From positions 1 to 26,942 of the forward strand of contig JBAXAI010000047.1 of assembly GCA_037142615.1 (NCBI GenBank): a stretch of DNA of 26,942 nucleotides, in the 5' to 3' direction. Origin of the DNA: Spirochaetales bacterium (GTDB lineage Bacteria; Spirochaetota; Spirochaetia; JABEVK01). The notes under the pieces are model-generated. The model ran no database searches. It saw only the letters and a list, made by a program, of their open reading frames with translations, and was not told where the DNA came from. The position numbers and the translations under genes were made by a program. This document shows positions 25,672 through 26,942 of the stretch, one piece after another; positions within the stretch are counted from its first letter, which is position 1; each line of letters begins with the position of its first letter.

Positions 25672-26583
25672 ATGAAAAAGAAAATGTCCCGCGCTGACCG
25701 CATCTTCAACACCGTCAACATTTTGGTGCTCGGCTTCATCGGCCTGACGTGCCTGTACCCCATCATCATGATGACCGCCCTGTCGTTCAACCAGGGCACC
25801 GACACGATGAAGGGCGGCGTGTTCTTCTGGCCGCGGTCGTTTACCTGGGTCAATTACCGCGTCATGCTCGAAAACGTCGAGCTCCGTTCGGCCTACTGGA
25901 TCACGATCCTGCGCACCGTAGTCGGCACGGTCAGTGGCGTCTTCGTGACGGGTCTGGTCGCCTACGGCCTGTCGGAGGCCAAGCTCCCGGGTCGCAAGTG
26001 GATCATGATCTACATGATCATTCCGCTGTTCTTCGGCGGTGGCTTGATTCCCTACTACCTGCAACTTCGCAGCCTCGGGCTGATCAACAGTTTCTGGGTC
26101 TACATCTTCCCGGGTCTGTTCAGCATCTACTACTGCGTGGTCATGAAGACGTTCTTCCAAGGTATCCCCCAAAGCCTCAAAGAGTCGATGCGGATGGACG
26201 GAGCGGGCGAACTCACCATACTGTTCCGCGTCATCTTTCCACTATCGTCCGCGTTGTTCGCAGCCATCGCGTTGTTCACGGCGGTGGGGCATTGGAACGA
26301 CTGGTTTTCAGGCGCGTTCTACGTCACCAAGGGCAGCTTGATCCCTGTCCAGACCTTCCTCATGAACTTCATGACCTTTGACGCCTCTCAAACCTACAGC
26401 CGCGACAACGCGCAGGCGGGGGCCCAAGCCCTGGCCAAGATGACCACCGAGTTCTCGACGATCACCTCGACCTCCCTGCGCATGGCCGCCGTCATGGTGG
26501 CGCTGGTTCCCATTCTGTTGGTCTACCCCTTCCTCCAGAGGTATTTCGTCAAGGGCGTCCTCATCGGATCCATCAAGGAATAA
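25672..26583 (+). CDS. Carbohydrate ABC transporter permease (LplC-like)
   Basis: FFGGGLIPYY, IPQSLKESMRMDGA, AVGHWNDWF, YPFLQRYFVKGVLIGSIKE. Confidence 0.93.
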   Translation: MKKKMSRADRIFNTVNILVLGFIGLTCLYPIIMMTALSFNQGTDTMKGGVFFWPRSFTWVNYRVMLENVELRSAYWITILRTVVGTVSGVFVTGLVAYGLSEAKLPGRKWIMIYMIIPLFFGGGLIPYYLQLRSLGLINSFWVYIFPGLFSIYYCVVMKTFFQGIPQSLKESMRMDGAGELTILFRVIFPLSSALFAAIALFTAVGHWNDWFSGAFYVTKGSLIPVQTFLMNFMTFDASQTYSRDNAQAGAQALAKMTTEFSTITSTSLRMAAVMVALVPILLVYPFLQRYFVKGVLIGSIKE

Positions 26584-26585
26584 CC

Positions 26586-26942
26586 ATGCAGAATCTCTTG
26601 CGGAGCTTCGAGAATCCCGTCGACCTCCCGTTTTCGTTAATATTGGGAGGTCGGCCGTCGAAAGAGTTCCTTCCATCCTGGACCGCAACGTGGACGGCTA
26701 CGCCCGGGGGGAAGCAGGGCAGTTTTGTCTCCCCCGACAAGACCCTGCAGCTGACGGTCGAGCTGTCGGAGTTTCCTTCCACGGGCGTCGTGGAGTGGTT
26801 GCTTCGTCTCAAGAATACCGGTGCGGCCGATGCACCCGTGGTGGAACACCTGTACCCGCTGAACCTGCGACAGAACTTGGGCAACAAACCCGCGGTTCCT
26901 TCGGTGCTGCATTCGTCGGGTTGCTGGGATGCCGGCACGGGA
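26586..26942 (+). CDS. Probable GH36-like alpha-galactosidase, N-terminal part (runs off the window end; absent from the ORF track)
   Basis: Open frame from the ATG at 26586: MQNLLRSFENPVDLPFSLILGGRPSKEFLPSW...VVEWLLRLKNTGAADAPVVEHLYPLN. It resembles the PFSF.YGG..S / VEW...F.N.G..D.P N-terminus I associate with GH36-type proteins. The catalytic domain is outside the window. Confidence 0.55.
   Translation, partial: MQNLLRSFENPVDLPFSLILGGRPSKEFLPSWTATWTATPGGKQGSFVSPDKTLQLTVELSEFPSTGVVEWLLRLKNTGAADAPVVEHLYPLNLRQNLGNKPAVPSVLHSSGCWDAGTG

Noticed and set aside
1-26942. CRISPR array, tRNA/rRNA, transposase or prophage genes
   Set aside because: No repeat-spacer periodicity, RNA gene signatures or mobile-element proteins were seen.

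Overview
GC-rich bacterial window in three parts. (1) 1-2.2 kb: a toxin-antitoxin cluster with the 3' end of higB, an intact HigA-HTH/ImmA-IrrE metallopeptidase fusion, a DUF4160/DUF2442 pair whose DUF4160 is broken, and a mosaic of gene scraps that includes a diverged 55-bp copy of the higB/higA junction. (2) 2.2-4.7 kb: a decaying carbohydrate module with GH87-like beta-helix, GmhA-like SIS and ROK pseudogenes. (3) 4.8-26.9 kb: an apparently intact catabolic cluster for an unidentified sugar or sugar acid. It encodes an MFS transporter, three D-2-hydroxyacid dehydrogenases, three SDRs, a GntR/FCD regulator, TPP-dependent E1 alpha/beta plus an E2-like protein, FAH, a mandelate-racemase-family enzyme, AKR, VOC, a carbohydrate ABC transporter and the start of a GH36-like glycosidase. 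The best candidate for an undescribed system is a linker-less LarA (nickel-pincer racemase)-APH/MtnK-like kinase fusion whose gene overlaps that of an enolase paralog with paired active-site changes (QEF->QDV, SHRS->SARS). This suggests a racemise/phosphorylate/dehydrate route for a non-standard 2-hydroxy acid. The E2-like protein has lost its DHRxxDG catalytic motif, no E3 is present in the window, and one SDR has Phe in place of the catalytic Tyr. All family calls come from motif recognition by eye; no database searches were run.
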